This document shows, piece by piece, positions 35,370 to 45,728 of a DNA stretch of 64,000 bases. Source of the DNA: a bacterium. Its GTDB lineage: Bacteria > SAR324 > NAC60-12. Made by a program: the position numbers and the translations under genes. The notes under the pieces were generated by a model. That model was given only the letters and a program-made list of their open reading frames with translations, was not told the origin of the DNA and ran no database searches. Within the stretch, counting starts at the first letter, position 1; each line of letters starts with the position of its first letter. Where the stretch lies: positions 736,001 through 800,000 of the forward strand of contig CBDBHR010000030.1 in assembly GCA_965205865.1 (NCBI GenBank), read 5' to 3'.

Positions 35370-36329
35370 CTAAGAGAACGGGTTGATCAGCCGGGCGAGG
35401 AGGCCTCGTTTGCGTTTCCTCGTCGCAGCGCCGTAACTGCCCTGCCCGCCCCGCAACCGGGGATCCAGCAGGTCTCGCACCGCGTCGCCGAACATGTTGA
35501 GGGAGTAGACGACAATCGTCAGGCAAAGTCCAGGCCAGAGGGCGAGCCATGGCGCATCGTCCATGTATTTACGCCCTTCCCGGCTGAGCATCCCTCCCCA
35601 GCTGGGAACCTCTGAAGGCAGACCGTATCCGAGGAAGCTCAAAGAAGCCTCAGACATAATCACCGCCCCGACGTTGATACTGAATATGATGATTAGGGGA
35701 GGGGCAATATTGGGAAGCACATGTCGGATAAGTGTTCTCCATTTCGAGCAGCCAATCGCCTCCGCCGCCTGAAAATAGACATTCTCTTTTACAGCAATAA
35801 CCGCCCCTCTGGCTACTCTTGAGCCGCCGATGCCTCCCGATATGCCCAGGACCAGTATGATCTGCAGCAGACCCCGCTCCACTACGGACATAATCGTCAA
35901 CAACAGCAGCAGCCCCGGGAAGGCCATCCAGGCATCGACAAATCTCTGCACCGCCAGGTCCACTTTACCACCAACGAATCCTGAAATGCCGCCAATCAGC
36001 ACAGCCACCACAACATTGAGCGTGGTGGCTGCCAGACCCACAGTTAAAGAAACACGAGCCCCGTAGATAAGGCGGCTCAAGAAGTCTCGCCCCAGATAGT
36101 CGGTGCCCAGGAGATACTGGGCTGATGAGCCCTGAAACCGGTCTCTCAGGTGCACTTCATCAAAGGGATAAGGCGCCAGCAAATCGGCGAAGATCGCGAC
36201 GAAAATCAAGAGCAGGACGATCATCCCGCAGAACGTCCCCAGCGGCTTCTCCTTGAGAAGCCTGCTGAAGAAATCCACAAACCGGCCCCGTCGCTTGGGC
36301 TCACGGATGGGGGAGGATTTCTCACTCAT
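35370..36329 (-). CDS. DppC-like ABC permease, cassette 3
   Basis: LGTDYLGRD, RHVLPN, EASLSFLG, GDAVRDLLDPR. Confidence 0.93.
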   Translation of the reverse strand: MSEKSSPIREPKRRGRFVDFFSRLLKEKPLGTFCGMIVLLLIFVAIFADLLAPYPFDEVHLRDRFQGSSAQYLLGTDYLGRDFLSRLIYGARVSLTVGLAATTLNVVVAVLIGGISGFVGGKVDLAVQRFVDAWMAFPGLLLLLTIMSVVERGLLQIILVLGISGGIGGSRVARGAVIAVKENVYFQAAEAIGCSKWRTLIRHVLPNIAPPLIIIFSINVGAVIMSEASLSFLGYGLPSEVPSWGGMLSREGRKYMDDAPWLALWPGLCLTIVVYSLNMFGDAVRDLLDPRLRGGQGSYGAATRKRKRGLLARLINPFS

Positions 36330-37278
36330 ACCGCACTCTCGGGTCCAAATAGGGATAAATCAGGTCGATGAGGAGATTGAACAGCACCACCCCGGTGGCG
36401 AAAAACAGGTTCACTCCGGAGACCACCGGGTAGTCTCTGTCTTCGAGGGCAATCAGAAAGAGGCGCCCGATCCCCGGCAGGTTAAAGATGTTCTCCATGA
36501 TAACGGCGCCGCCTACCAGCAAAGGTAACTGCAGGCCGATCAGGGAGACCACCGGGATGAGGGCATTTTTGATGGTGTGTCGGATAATCACGACCCGCTC
36601 CTTGAGTCCCTTGGACCAGGCGGTGCGGATATAGTCCTGCCTTAAGACCTCCAGCATCATGGTGCGCGTCATCCGCATGGTGCTGGCCGAGAGGGCCGTC
36701 CCCAGGATCAGGCTGGGGATGAGAAACACCTCCAGATTCCCCAGCGGGTCTTCGGAAAAAGGAATCAGCCGCATCGGTGGCGACCAGTTCCACCAGATTG
36801 CCGGGAAGACCATGACCATAGTTCCCAGCCAGAAGTTAGGCGTTGCCAGGCCGACGATGGCAACCGAGCGCCCCACGTAGTCGGCGGCCGTATCCTGGCG
36901 GACCGCCGAGTAGATGCCCACCGGCAGGGCGATCACCAGCCCGATGACGATTGCCAGGAGACCAAGCTCAAGGGTTACTGGCAGTCTACTTATTATCTTT
37001 TCCTCCACCAACCACTCGCCAAGCATTGATTTGCCGAGGGTGCCGTGCAGGAGAATACCGCCTATCCAGCGTGCATACTGCACGTGCACAGGTACGTCTA
37101 ATCCCAGGGCACGCTCAAGAGCTTCACGGTCTACCTTACCAATGATGATGGCCGTCCTGCCCAACATGGCATCTATGACATCACCCGGGATGAAGCGGAC
37201 AGAAAGAAAGACTAAAACGCTCAATATGAACAGGGTGGGGATGATGAGCAATAACCTCCTGATGATATAGGCTCTCAT
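36322..37278 (-). CDS. DppB-like ABC permease, cassette 3
   Basis: MRAYIIRR, QDYIRTAWSKGL, DPRV. Confidence 0.93.
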   Translation of the reverse strand: MRAYIIRRLLLIIPTLFILSVLVFLSVRFIPGDVIDAMLGRTAIIIGKVDREALERALGLDVPVHVQYARWIGGILLHGTLGKSMLGEWLVEEKIISRLPVTLELGLLAIVIGLVIALPVGIYSAVRQDTAADYVGRSVAIVGLATPNFWLGTMVMVFPAIWWNWSPPMRLIPFSEDPLGNLEVFLIPSLILGTALSASTMRMTRTMMLEVLRQDYIRTAWSKGLKERVVIIRHTIKNALIPVVSLIGLQLPLLVGGAVIMENIFNLPGIGRLFLIALEDRDYPVVSGVNLFFATGVVLFNLLIDLIYPYLDPRVRYE

Positions 37279-37675
37279 GGGACACACCTTACCATTCGCC
37301 GGATTAGAAGTGAATTCACAGCGTTAATATATTTCCCGGCATTCTTACATTGTTCGACAGTTGTAAGTTCTCGTAAGTCATTGAAATTATTAAGTCTGTC
37401 TTAAACACTTTGTCATTCCTGCGAAAGCAGGAATCCAGAGTATTTTCAAGGGGTTACGCAGACTGGATCCCGGATCAAGTCCGGGATGACACAAGAACTT
37501 ACGACTCTTGAGTTACATTGATTGTGGGATGGCAGGCTTGTGCCGCCATCCCACAGTTCACAGTTGCTGCCCGCCTGGCTGCATCAATTTCCTCATCGCC
37601 GCCTGGACAGTATGGGTTCGCCCCTGGCGGCGTGGGCAGAGATCAGCTATACTACGATGCGAACAGGCGGAAATA

Positions 37676-39457
37676 CTAGTAGCCCATTTCTTTCTTCAGT
37701 TCCTGGTCAATCCAGAGGCGGGCCCATACGATCCCACCGTAGTTCATCCCTCCGAGAGTGACTTCGCCATTAAAACCTACCACCCACGGTTGGGTCGCAT
37801 GGTAATATGGAACCATGGGACCCCATGTATACCAGTGCCTCTCTATCCCGTACATGTCGGCCTTACTGATCTGCTTCTTCAGCTCCTCAGTCGAGGTAGC
37901 GGCTTTGGCGGCTTCAACGATGGCGTTGTAAACCGGATCGTCGACTCCCTGGCGGTTCCAATCATGCCCCGTTTCGAATATGACTATGTTGCCGAGTGGG
38001 TAAGTAGCGGCACCTGCAAGATGACGAGTCATCCCGCCGTAACCCTTATTCCTGACGTGAGCTATAAATGTAGGAACGTCCACCACATTGAAATCGACTT
38101 CAACCCCAATCTCAGACCAGTAGTTGATAGAAAGCTCTACCCACTCTCGTTCCCTTTCAAAGGCTTCAAGGGAGGTCCTGATTCTGATGCCATCCGCGCC
38201 GCGCGGATAGCCGGCCTCATCCAGGAGCTCTTCGGCCCTCTGCGGGTTGTACGTGTACTCTGCCTGGAGCTCTTGCGGCCACTCTTCAAATGGGACAAAG
38301 TACCCGTCCCACCAGGGGCCGATCATCCCTCGAGGTTTCCAATCGCCTTTGCCATTGAAGAACACCTCGTTAATCTCTTCAAGGTCCATGGCCATCTGCA
38401 TTGCAGTTCGCACCCTGATGTCGTTAAAGGGAGGCTGGGTTACGTTAAAGGCCCAAGTTTGATCTGATCTATAAGCGAAGGGCCACAGATCGATTTCCGG
38501 GTTGGTCTCCTGGAGTTTTGTTGCCGTTGCTAAAGGCATATCCCAGAGGGCGCCATGACCTAAGAAATCAACCTTACCCGTGCGCATTGCCGCGAGACGT
38601 GTTGTTTCCTCCATGATAATCAGGCCCTCTATCTCGTCGAAATAAGGCAGGCGGTTCTCCGGGTATTTTTCGTCAAAGCCCCAGTAGTTAGGATTCTTGA
38701 CCCAGGTGATAGAGCTGGCGTCAACCCAGTCTGTCAGCATGAAGGGCCCGGTGCCGACCACCTTCCTCCAGTCATTGACGTCGCCGTGTTCCTTGATGAC
38801 CTCGGGGGGCAGCATATAGGCAAGACCGTCGTCGACTATAGTCCGGAACGCGGTGAGGGACGGAGTCTTCAGCTTGAAAACAACCGTATATTTGTCGGTG
38901 GCCGTTATGGATTCCACTGGCACAGTGGGCAGTTCCATAGTAAAGCCGGGAGGTTCGGTGAAGCCGCTGCCCAGACCCATCAGACGATGATAGTTAAATA
39001 CAATGTCATCAGCAGTTAGCTCTCTCCCGGACATTGGTGCCTTATCATGCCAGTGAACGCCCTTGCGGATGTGGAAGATGATCGTGGTTGGGTCGGGGGT
39101 AAACCACCGTTCCGCCAGCGCTCCAGCAAAGGCGATATCAGGCACCAACTCGGTCCTGTAGCCATATACATCCCTCTCTATGCCCCAGTCCCCCATGGCA
39201 AGCTTCTCATTAACGCCACTGAGGAGAAACCCCGCCCAGTGATTGGCCACAGAGGGGTCAGTGCCCCGGGGCTGATTGGCATAGCCTGCAATGAACGTTC
39301 CGCCATACGTTGGTGCTGTCACCATTTTACTAGTGGTGGGATCTATGACCATCTTTTTCTCAGCCCCGACGGCCGAACTGACCCAAAAGGCGGCCACCAT
39401 CAGGGTGAGGGTGAGCAGGATTGTACTGAAGGTTGATTTGCTTTTTTGATTTTCCAT
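37676..39457 (-). CDS. ABC substrate-binding protein family 5, cassette 3
   Basis: GTGPF, KNPNYW, PPFNDIRVR, LLDEAGYP. Start at 39457 or 39562. Confidence 0.92.
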   Translation of the reverse strand: MENQKSKSTFSTILLTLTLMVAAFWVSSAVGAEKKMVIDPTTSKMVTAPTYGGTFIAGYANQPRGTDPSVANHWAGFLLSGVNEKLAMGDWGIERDVYGYRTELVPDIAFAGALAERWFTPDPTTIIFHIRKGVHWHDKAPMSGRELTADDIVFNYHRLMGLGSGFTEPPGFTMELPTVPVESITATDKYTVVFKLKTPSLTAFRTIVDDGLAYMLPPEVIKEHGDVNDWRKVVGTGPFMLTDWVDASSITWVKNPNYWGFDEKYPENRLPYFDEIEGLIIMEETTRLAAMRTGKVDFLGHGALWDMPLATATKLQETNPEIDLWPFAYRSDQTWAFNVTQPPFNDIRVRTAMQMAMDLEEINEVFFNGKGDWKPRGMIGPWWDGYFVPFEEWPQELQAEYTYNPQRAEELLDEAGYPRGADGIRIRTSLEAFEREREWVELSINYWSEIGVEVDFNVVDVPTFIAHVRNKGYGGMTRHLAGAATYPLGNIVIFETGHDWNRQGVDDPVYNAIVEAAKAATSTEELKKQISKADMYGIERHWYTWGPMVPYYHATQPWVVGFNGEVTLGGMNYGGIVWARLWIDQELKKEMGY

Positions 39458-39905
39458 CTTTTTCCTTTCGATTGCATGTTCAAAATTAAGGATTGCTTTA
39501 AAACCTGCTTTGATTCCCGAAAGCACGTTCTCGACAATTTCTCTACTTTTTTGACGGTTCATGGTGCTCCTTTCTGCTTTTTGATTAAATACAAGATTGC
39601 GGGTTGCTTTAAACCTGCTTTCGTTCCCGAAAGCACGTTGTCGACGATTTCTCTACCCATTGGGTCTCCTTCATTTTGGAGTGATCAAAAAACCGATTCA
39701 TTGGCTCCAGGATTGGGCAATGAACCATAAACCGACGCACTCAGGCGCCGATGATTTGCCAAATTCCCCATTGCCCTTGCGTTCCTGGAATTTGGAACGT
39801 GGGACTTGGAACAAGGAATCTTAAGGATCTCTCCCTGATGTCGAGATAATATAAGAGGGTAGAACTTGGGATTGGGGACTTGTGACTTGTTGCTTGGAAC
39901 TTATT

Positions 39906-39974
39906 ACTGGGAACTGGGAACTGGGAACTGGGAACTGGGAACTGGGAACTGGGAACTGGGAACTGGGAACTGGG
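39906..39974. repeat. Heptamer tandem repeat (ACTGGGA), about 10 units
   Basis: Nine full units plus 6 nt; degenerate units extend to about 39785. Confidence 0.95.
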
Positions 39975-40564
39975 TATTTGAGTTTACTCTCATATCCACC
40001 TCATTATCAAGGGATTTTTTAAAAAGATGATTCATTAATAATTGAGTATTTTCTTATGGTTGTTTAAAGAGTTTACGGACATTTGGGAAGATAAGAATAA
40101 TTTGATTATTCACTCATCCCTTTAAATATCATGCCTGATTATAAAATAAAAGTAAAATTTGATTATTTGTTAATAGCACTGACAAAGTGCAGCAAAAACG
40201 TTAGTATCAACGTACAATACTCCCCATTAGTCTGAAGTGCAAGAGCAATCGTTTTTCTTTTTCAATATTCTTGATTTTGATTCTTCCATTTTCTTTCTCA
40301 CTTTTATCCTCCTTTGATCCTGCTCTTCTTCTTTCTATTTTCTTCCTCTTCCCTGAGTGAATCTTAGTGGGTGTTCAGTGAAGCTCATTCAATCTAACGT
40401 GTAGCAGCAATCATTTTTTTAAAATCTATCAAAAAAGAAAACGAAAGACAAGCCGAAATTCTTAAAAACCTTCAGCCCAAGGCGATTTCTTGAAAACGAT
40501 CACAAAAGAACGATGATGGCAAAATCCTGGTAGATTTCATTATCCTCTTCAGTATCCTCTCAAT

Positions 40565-40825
40565 ATAAAAATATTTAGAGGATGTCAATAGATTTTTTTG
40601 CTCCTCTTAACTCCTCAGTGGCGAGTGCTTGTCTCATCCTGGACTTGATCCTCGCTCCTATCTGTATCAGTCCCTGAAAATAGCGAAGGCATCCTTCCAG
40701 CACAATACAAAAATATTTAGAGGATGTCAATCGTTTTTTTTGCTCCTCTTAACTCCTCAGTGGCGAGTGCTGGTGTCATCCTGGACTTGATCCTCGCTGC
40801 TCTCTGTGTCAGTCCTTGAAAATAC
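40565..40825. repeat. Tandem duplication (period about 140 bp) carrying TTGACA on the minus strand
   Basis: aaaatatttagaggatgtcaat..tgctcctcttaactcctcagtggcgagtgc..tcatcctggacttgatcctcgc occurs twice. Confidence 0.85.
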
Positions 40826-41189
40826 GGGGCAATCCTGCCCTTCCCGGAACGAAAAGCATGGGATGCAGAGCAAATCATTTCAAGGATTGATGCGCACTCG
40901 GCACGCGTGAGATATGAAAATAATCTGGATTAATTGTCAGTCAATCAATCCAATTATTGGAACAATTTTTGTGGTAAGTCAGGAATCTTCAGGATGTTTT
41001 TAAGTCCTTTTGGTAAGGAACAAACCTTAAATAACCTGTAATTCTTCTAATGGTGTGAGAAAAATTGGGGGACATGTACAGCGGCATCCCAACTCTACTG
41101 TTTTATGCCTGCTGTTACGTGTCTCCTAATTTTGCGTATCCATACTTCTAACTTATTTAAATTTCATTCCTTAGTGAAGACATGCTTGT

Positions 41190-41830
41190 AGCACAACAAC
41201 AACAACGCAATGTCAACCCCCTGATATAAAATAAATGAGGGATTCGCAATAAAAATAAAAAATCAATAAACCTGCTCAAATCCGGGGACAGTCAGAAGCC
41301 AAATAAACGTTCAGTTCAATAACGTTGAAAAAAGCTTACGGGAGTACATTCCCGGCAAGGATCCATCGTTTTCACATCCTCCCAGGGTATTGTTCAATCG
41401 ATCAAGCGGGAACCCTCCCACAGCCAATTTTGAATCAAACGAGCGGAAATCCTCTCCTTCCCTGAAACAACAAGGCATGATTTCAGCACTACTACGCGGC
41501 GCAAAGCCTATAGCAAGTTTGGATCAGGAGAATTGCGCAACAATGGAGGTCAGCTATAAAAAGATATATTGCGGTCCATCTTCGGCATGAGCCAAAAAGC
41601 GAATGTTCGCTCCACAATCCAGCGTTTTTTCCAACGGCGATAATGATCGTAAACGCTTTGCCAGGGAGGTAAATCATGGGCAAGCATGCTCCACTGACAA
41701 CCCGTTTTCAGGACATACAAAATCGCATTGACGATGCTATGTTTGCTATGAATACTTTTGGCCACGCAGGGGGCGGAACGTTTAAAAAAAGGAGAGTTTC
41801 AGTAACAAGGAGGAGCAGGTGAAGCCTGTC
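41190..41830 (-). mobile_element. Leader module (copy B) fused to an internally deleted IS5 transposase; near-duplicate of 47830-48448
   Basis: VLKTGCQWSMLAHDLPPWQSVYDHYRRW joined directly to KKRWIVERTFA, followed by the 240-bp unit. Confidence 0.8.
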
Positions 41831-41849
41831 CCGGACTTGATCCGGGGGA

Positions 41850-42198
41850 TGCAAAGCCTGAGTGAGCAACTCGAGCATGGATTTCCCCTGTTTTCTGCTA
41901 GTGGAAATGGGTTCAGATACAAAAAACCTGCGTTCCTTCAGCAATTCGGAAGCCGCCTGAAATTTTCTGTCTCGAGAACTTCAATACGTTTGAGGAGTTC
42001 TAAGCGCTCTTGCTTCCATTACTCACTTTCTTTTTCAAAGAGTTGACATGCTTCTTGAAGAGCCTCGAAGTGGGGAGTCGATGAAATAGAATCAATATAT
42101 TTTTGAACTTTTGAGAGCATATAATCCTTTCTACCTTCTGCGAAATGCAAAATTCGTGCTTAAATCGATGGGTTCTCTGAAGTTACCTGAATAGTTAC
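41850..42198 (-). mobile_element. IS66 (ISBst12-like) internally deleted remnant
   Basis: End GTAACTATTCAGG at 42198; coiled-coil N-terminus fused to ISTSRKQGKSMLELLTQAL. Confidence 0.65.
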
Positions 42199-42496
42199 CA
42201 TTTTATCTCTTTCTCCAGCAATCCAATGGCACAAAGTATGAATTATCATCATCATGCAGTCGAGATAAATATGCACTTTGGATTATTTTTTTGATTTTTT
42301 TTTTGGGGGGGGGTTTTTAGGGCAGTGGTTCTGTTTAATTTGAGAAGCAGAATTAGTCATTGCGAGCAACTCTATCAAATATCTTTTCTCAGATTCCCTG
42401 CTGAACAGACGACGCAAGAAATTGCAGTCCTCCGCCCAATGTGTTATTCTTTTGAAAAGACGACAAATTTCACTTCTCATTCCCATTGAGGACCTC

Positions 42497-43348
42497 ATGG
42501 CTTCTTTAGAATCCATCAAAAACAACACCACTCCAACACGGTTTCCTCCATCTGCCAGGGAGCCCCTCAGGGTGAGTGAGGCAGAGTATTGGAAGACGTA
42601 CTATGAACACCCGGATAGTCAATATGAATGGAACAATGGACTCTTGGAGGAAAAGCCCATGCCAGATTTTTTAAGCATCTCTCTGTATCAATGGTTCTTG
42701 CGCTTATTAGAAGAATATTTAACCGTCTTCCCTCAAGGGCGAATCATGGCATTGGAAATGGGCTTTCGTTTGGAACTGGGAAAGAAAAAGGTGAGTATTC
42801 GCAAACCGGATCTGGCCGTGATTCTTCACTCCAATCCTGTCGAGGCCAAACTGTTGGATCGTTCGTTTGATGGAGTGTGTGACCTCTGTATAGAGTTTTT
42901 ATCCGACTCGACTCCCTCGGAGGTGGAACGGGATACGGTTCACAAAAAAGAAGAATACGCCAAAGCGGGGGTAGCGGAATATTATATATTAGACCGTTTG
43001 CGCAAGCATACCGCCTTCTATGCTCTCAATGAGCAGGGGGTTTATGAAAGGATGAAGAGCAAAGAGCCCGGCGTGATTCATTCCAGGGTCTTTGATCGAT
43101 TCGCATTTCGTCTTCAGGATTTGGAAAAACAGGTGGCCTTTGAAAAATTAATCGATGATCCCCTCTACCAGCCGTTCCTCTTGAAAAGCTTCCAACAAGA
43201 GCGACAAGAAAAAGAAAACGCCTTGCAAAGAGAAGAAAAAGAGCGAAAAGAAAAAGAAAAAGAGCGAAAAGAAAAAGAAAAAGAGCGACAAGAAAAAGAA
43301 AACGCGCTTGTGGAAGTCGAACGGCTGCGTGCTCTCCTTCAAGAGTAA
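42497..43348 (+). CDS. Uma2-family endonuclease with C-terminal heptad repeats
   Basis: YEWNNG.LEE, RKPD, DLCIEFLS, K..EYA..GV.EYYILD; (ERKEKEK)n. Confidence 0.9.
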   Translation: MASLESIKNNTTPTRFPPSAREPLRVSEAEYWKTYYEHPDSQYEWNNGLLEEKPMPDFLSISLYQWFLRLLEEYLTVFPQGRIMALEMGFRLELGKKKVSIRKPDLAVILHSNPVEAKLLDRSFDGVCDLCIEFLSDSTPSEVERDTVHKKEEYAKAGVAEYYILDRLRKHTAFYALNEQGVYERMKSKEPGVIHSRVFDRFAFRLQDLEKQVAFEKLIDDPLYQPFLLKSFQQERQEKENALQREEKERKEKEKERKEKEKERQEKENALVEVERLRALLQE

Positions 43349-43642
43349 AGATATCGATCCCGGCTAAAATTCGGATGGGCGGGATCGGGTCGGACCGGAT
43401 TATTTTTTCTATAGCACTGTTCTCCATAGATATATTCAAAAAATTAAGCTAAAAACGGCTCTTAGCCTTCTCTTTTGAGGAGCAAAAGAAGCGTTTAAGA
43501 AAAGAAGGGCTCTTTACACTGATCATTGTGACCTTCCTGGTTTTCAGCATCGTGCATTTCCTCCCAGGCACTGAATAACCACTCATGCGCTTATTTGTGA
43601 TCAGGTCTATTGTAGTCCCGGCACGAGGTCAATAGTTTCCTT

Positions 43643-44610
43643 CTAAGAGAACGGGTTGATCAATCTGGCCAGGAATCCTCGTTTGCGTTTCATCTTTGCG
43701 GCGCCGTAACTTCCCTGCCCACCCCGCAGCCTCGGGTCGAGCAGATCCCGCATAGCATCGCCGAACATGTTGAGGCTGTAGACCACGATGGTCAGGAAGA
43801 TCCCCGGCCACATCGCCAGCCATGGCGCCACCTGCATGTACTGGCGTCCTTCTCGGCTCAACAGGCCACCCCAGCTGGGAACGTCCAATGGCAGTCCAAA
43901 GCCCAGGAAGCTCAGGGAGGCCTCGGTGATGATGACGGTGCCAATGGTGATGCTGAAAATGATGATAATGGGGGCGAACACGTTCGGCAGCACGTGGCGC
44001 AGCAGCGTGCGCCAACCGGGATTGCCTACGGCCTTCGCGGCTTCGAAGTAGACGTTCTCTTTGATGCTGATCACCGCGCCCCGGATCACGCGCGAGTTGC
44101 CGATCCCATAGACGAAGCCCAGCACGATGATGATCTGCAGCACGCCGGTCCCCACGATCGACATGACCGTCATGAGCAGCAGCAGTCCCGGAAAAGCCAG
44201 CCAGGCATCGACGAATCGTTGCGTCACCATGTCGAACCTGCCCCCGATGAACCCCGAGAGGGCGCCGATGGCGGTGGCCACCAGCACCGCCACTGCGGTT
44301 GCCGCGAAGCCCACGAGCAATGACTGGCGAGCACCGTAGATGTTGCGGCTCAGGAAGTCGCGCCCGATATGATCGGTCCCCAGTGGATGCTCGACCGATG
44401 ACCCCTGCAGCCGCCGGGTCACATCCTGTTCAAGCTCGGGGTCAGGCGCCAGATAGTCGGCAAAAACGCTCGCCAACACAAACAGCGCAATGATCACAGC
44501 GCCGAGCAAGCCCAGCGGCTTCTCCCGAACCAGCCGGTAAAAGAAGTCGGCAAAAGGGCCACGTCTTTGCTGTTCGGCGGCGAGATCTGTCTTTTGGCGA
44601 GGTCTGTCAT
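43643..44610 (-). CDS. DppC-like ABC permease, cassette 4 (frameshift just after the ATG at 44610)
   Basis: HPLGTDHIGRD, EASLSFLG. The ATG coupled to dppB is out of frame by one base at gccaaaaga. Confidence 0.85.
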
Positions 44611-45566
44611 TGGTACCGAATTCTGGGGTCGAGGTAGGCGTAGAGCAGGTCGATCAGCAGGTTGTTGACCAGGATGAAAGTGGCAAAGAAGAGGTTGATG
44701 CCCGAGACCATCGGATAGTCACGGAGCCCCAGCGACGCGATGAGCAGCGATCCCAGTCCGGGCAGGTTGAACAGCGTCTCGATGATGACAGAGCCCCCCA
44801 CCAGGATCGGCAGCTGCAGCCCGATGAGGGTGACCACCGGGATCAGCGCGTTCTTGATGGCGTGGCGGACGACGACTATCCGCTCGCGCAAACCCTTGGC
44901 CCAGGCCGTCCGGATGTAGTCCTGCCGCAACACCTCCAGCATCATCGTGCGCGTCATCCGCATCGTCGCGGCAGAGAGGCCGGTGCCGAGGATGAGGCCG
45001 GGGATGATGAACATGCCGACGTGGGCCAACGGATCCTCGCTGAAGTCAAGCAGTCTGAGCCGCGGCGTCCAGCCCCACCAGATGCCGGGAAAGATGAGAA
45101 CTATGAGGGCCAGCCAGAAGTTGGGGGTGGCCAGCCCGAAGATGGCGACGCTGCGCCCCACGTAATCGCCGAGGGTGTCCTGGCGCACCGCCGAGTAGAT
45201 GCCGACCGGCAGCGCGATCACCAGGCCGATGATCAGCGCCGTCGCCCCCAGCTCCAGGGTGACGGGCACTCTGGCAAGGATCTTCTCCTCCACGGGCCTA
45301 TGGCCCCGGAGCAGGGACTGACCGAGCGTACCGCGCAACAGGATCCCCGACAACCAGCGCACGTACGCTATGTGCGCTGGGACATTCAGCCCCAGCATCT
45401 CGCGCAGCCGCTCCTTGTCGTCCTCGGTCACGCCTATCTGATGGTCGGTCAGCAGGACGTCGACGATGTCGCCGGAGAGCTGGCGCACAGAAAAGAACAC
45501 CAGCATGCTCAGGATGAACAGGGTCGGAATGAACAGCAGCAGGCGCCGGATGACGTAGGTACGCAT
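44607..45566 (-). CDS. DppB-like ABC permease, cassette 4
   Basis: MRTYVIRR, QDYIRTAWAKGL, DPRIRY. Confidence 0.93.
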   Translation of the reverse strand: MRTYVIRRLLLFIPTLFILSMLVFFSVRQLSGDIVDVLLTDHQIGVTEDDKERLREMLGLNVPAHIAYVRWLSGILLRGTLGQSLLRGHRPVEEKILARVPVTLELGATALIIGLVIALPVGIYSAVRQDTLGDYVGRSVAIFGLATPNFWLALIVLIFPGIWWGWTPRLRLLDFSEDPLAHVGMFIIPGLILGTGLSAATMRMTRTMMLEVLRQDYIRTAWAKGLRERIVVVRHAIKNALIPVVTLIGLQLPILVGGSVIIETLFNLPGLGSLLIASLGLRDYPMVSGINLFFATFILVNNLLIDLLYAYLDPRIRYQ

Positions 45567-45728
45567 AAAGCTAGTGCTTTGTTAATAATGTTTTGATGTC
45601 TATGAAAAGTATAGTGATTTTAGCAATGTCATTCCTGCGGAAGCAGGAATCCAGGGTTTTAAGCTCTATCCCCTGGATCCCCGCTTTCGCGAGGATGACA
45701 AAGAATAATATATTAGTTTCACAAGGTA

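Noticed and set aside
40160-40410. attC-like cores (CGTTAG near 40199, ATCTAAC near 40393)
   Set aside because: No complete attC hairpin, cassette ORF or integrase seen.
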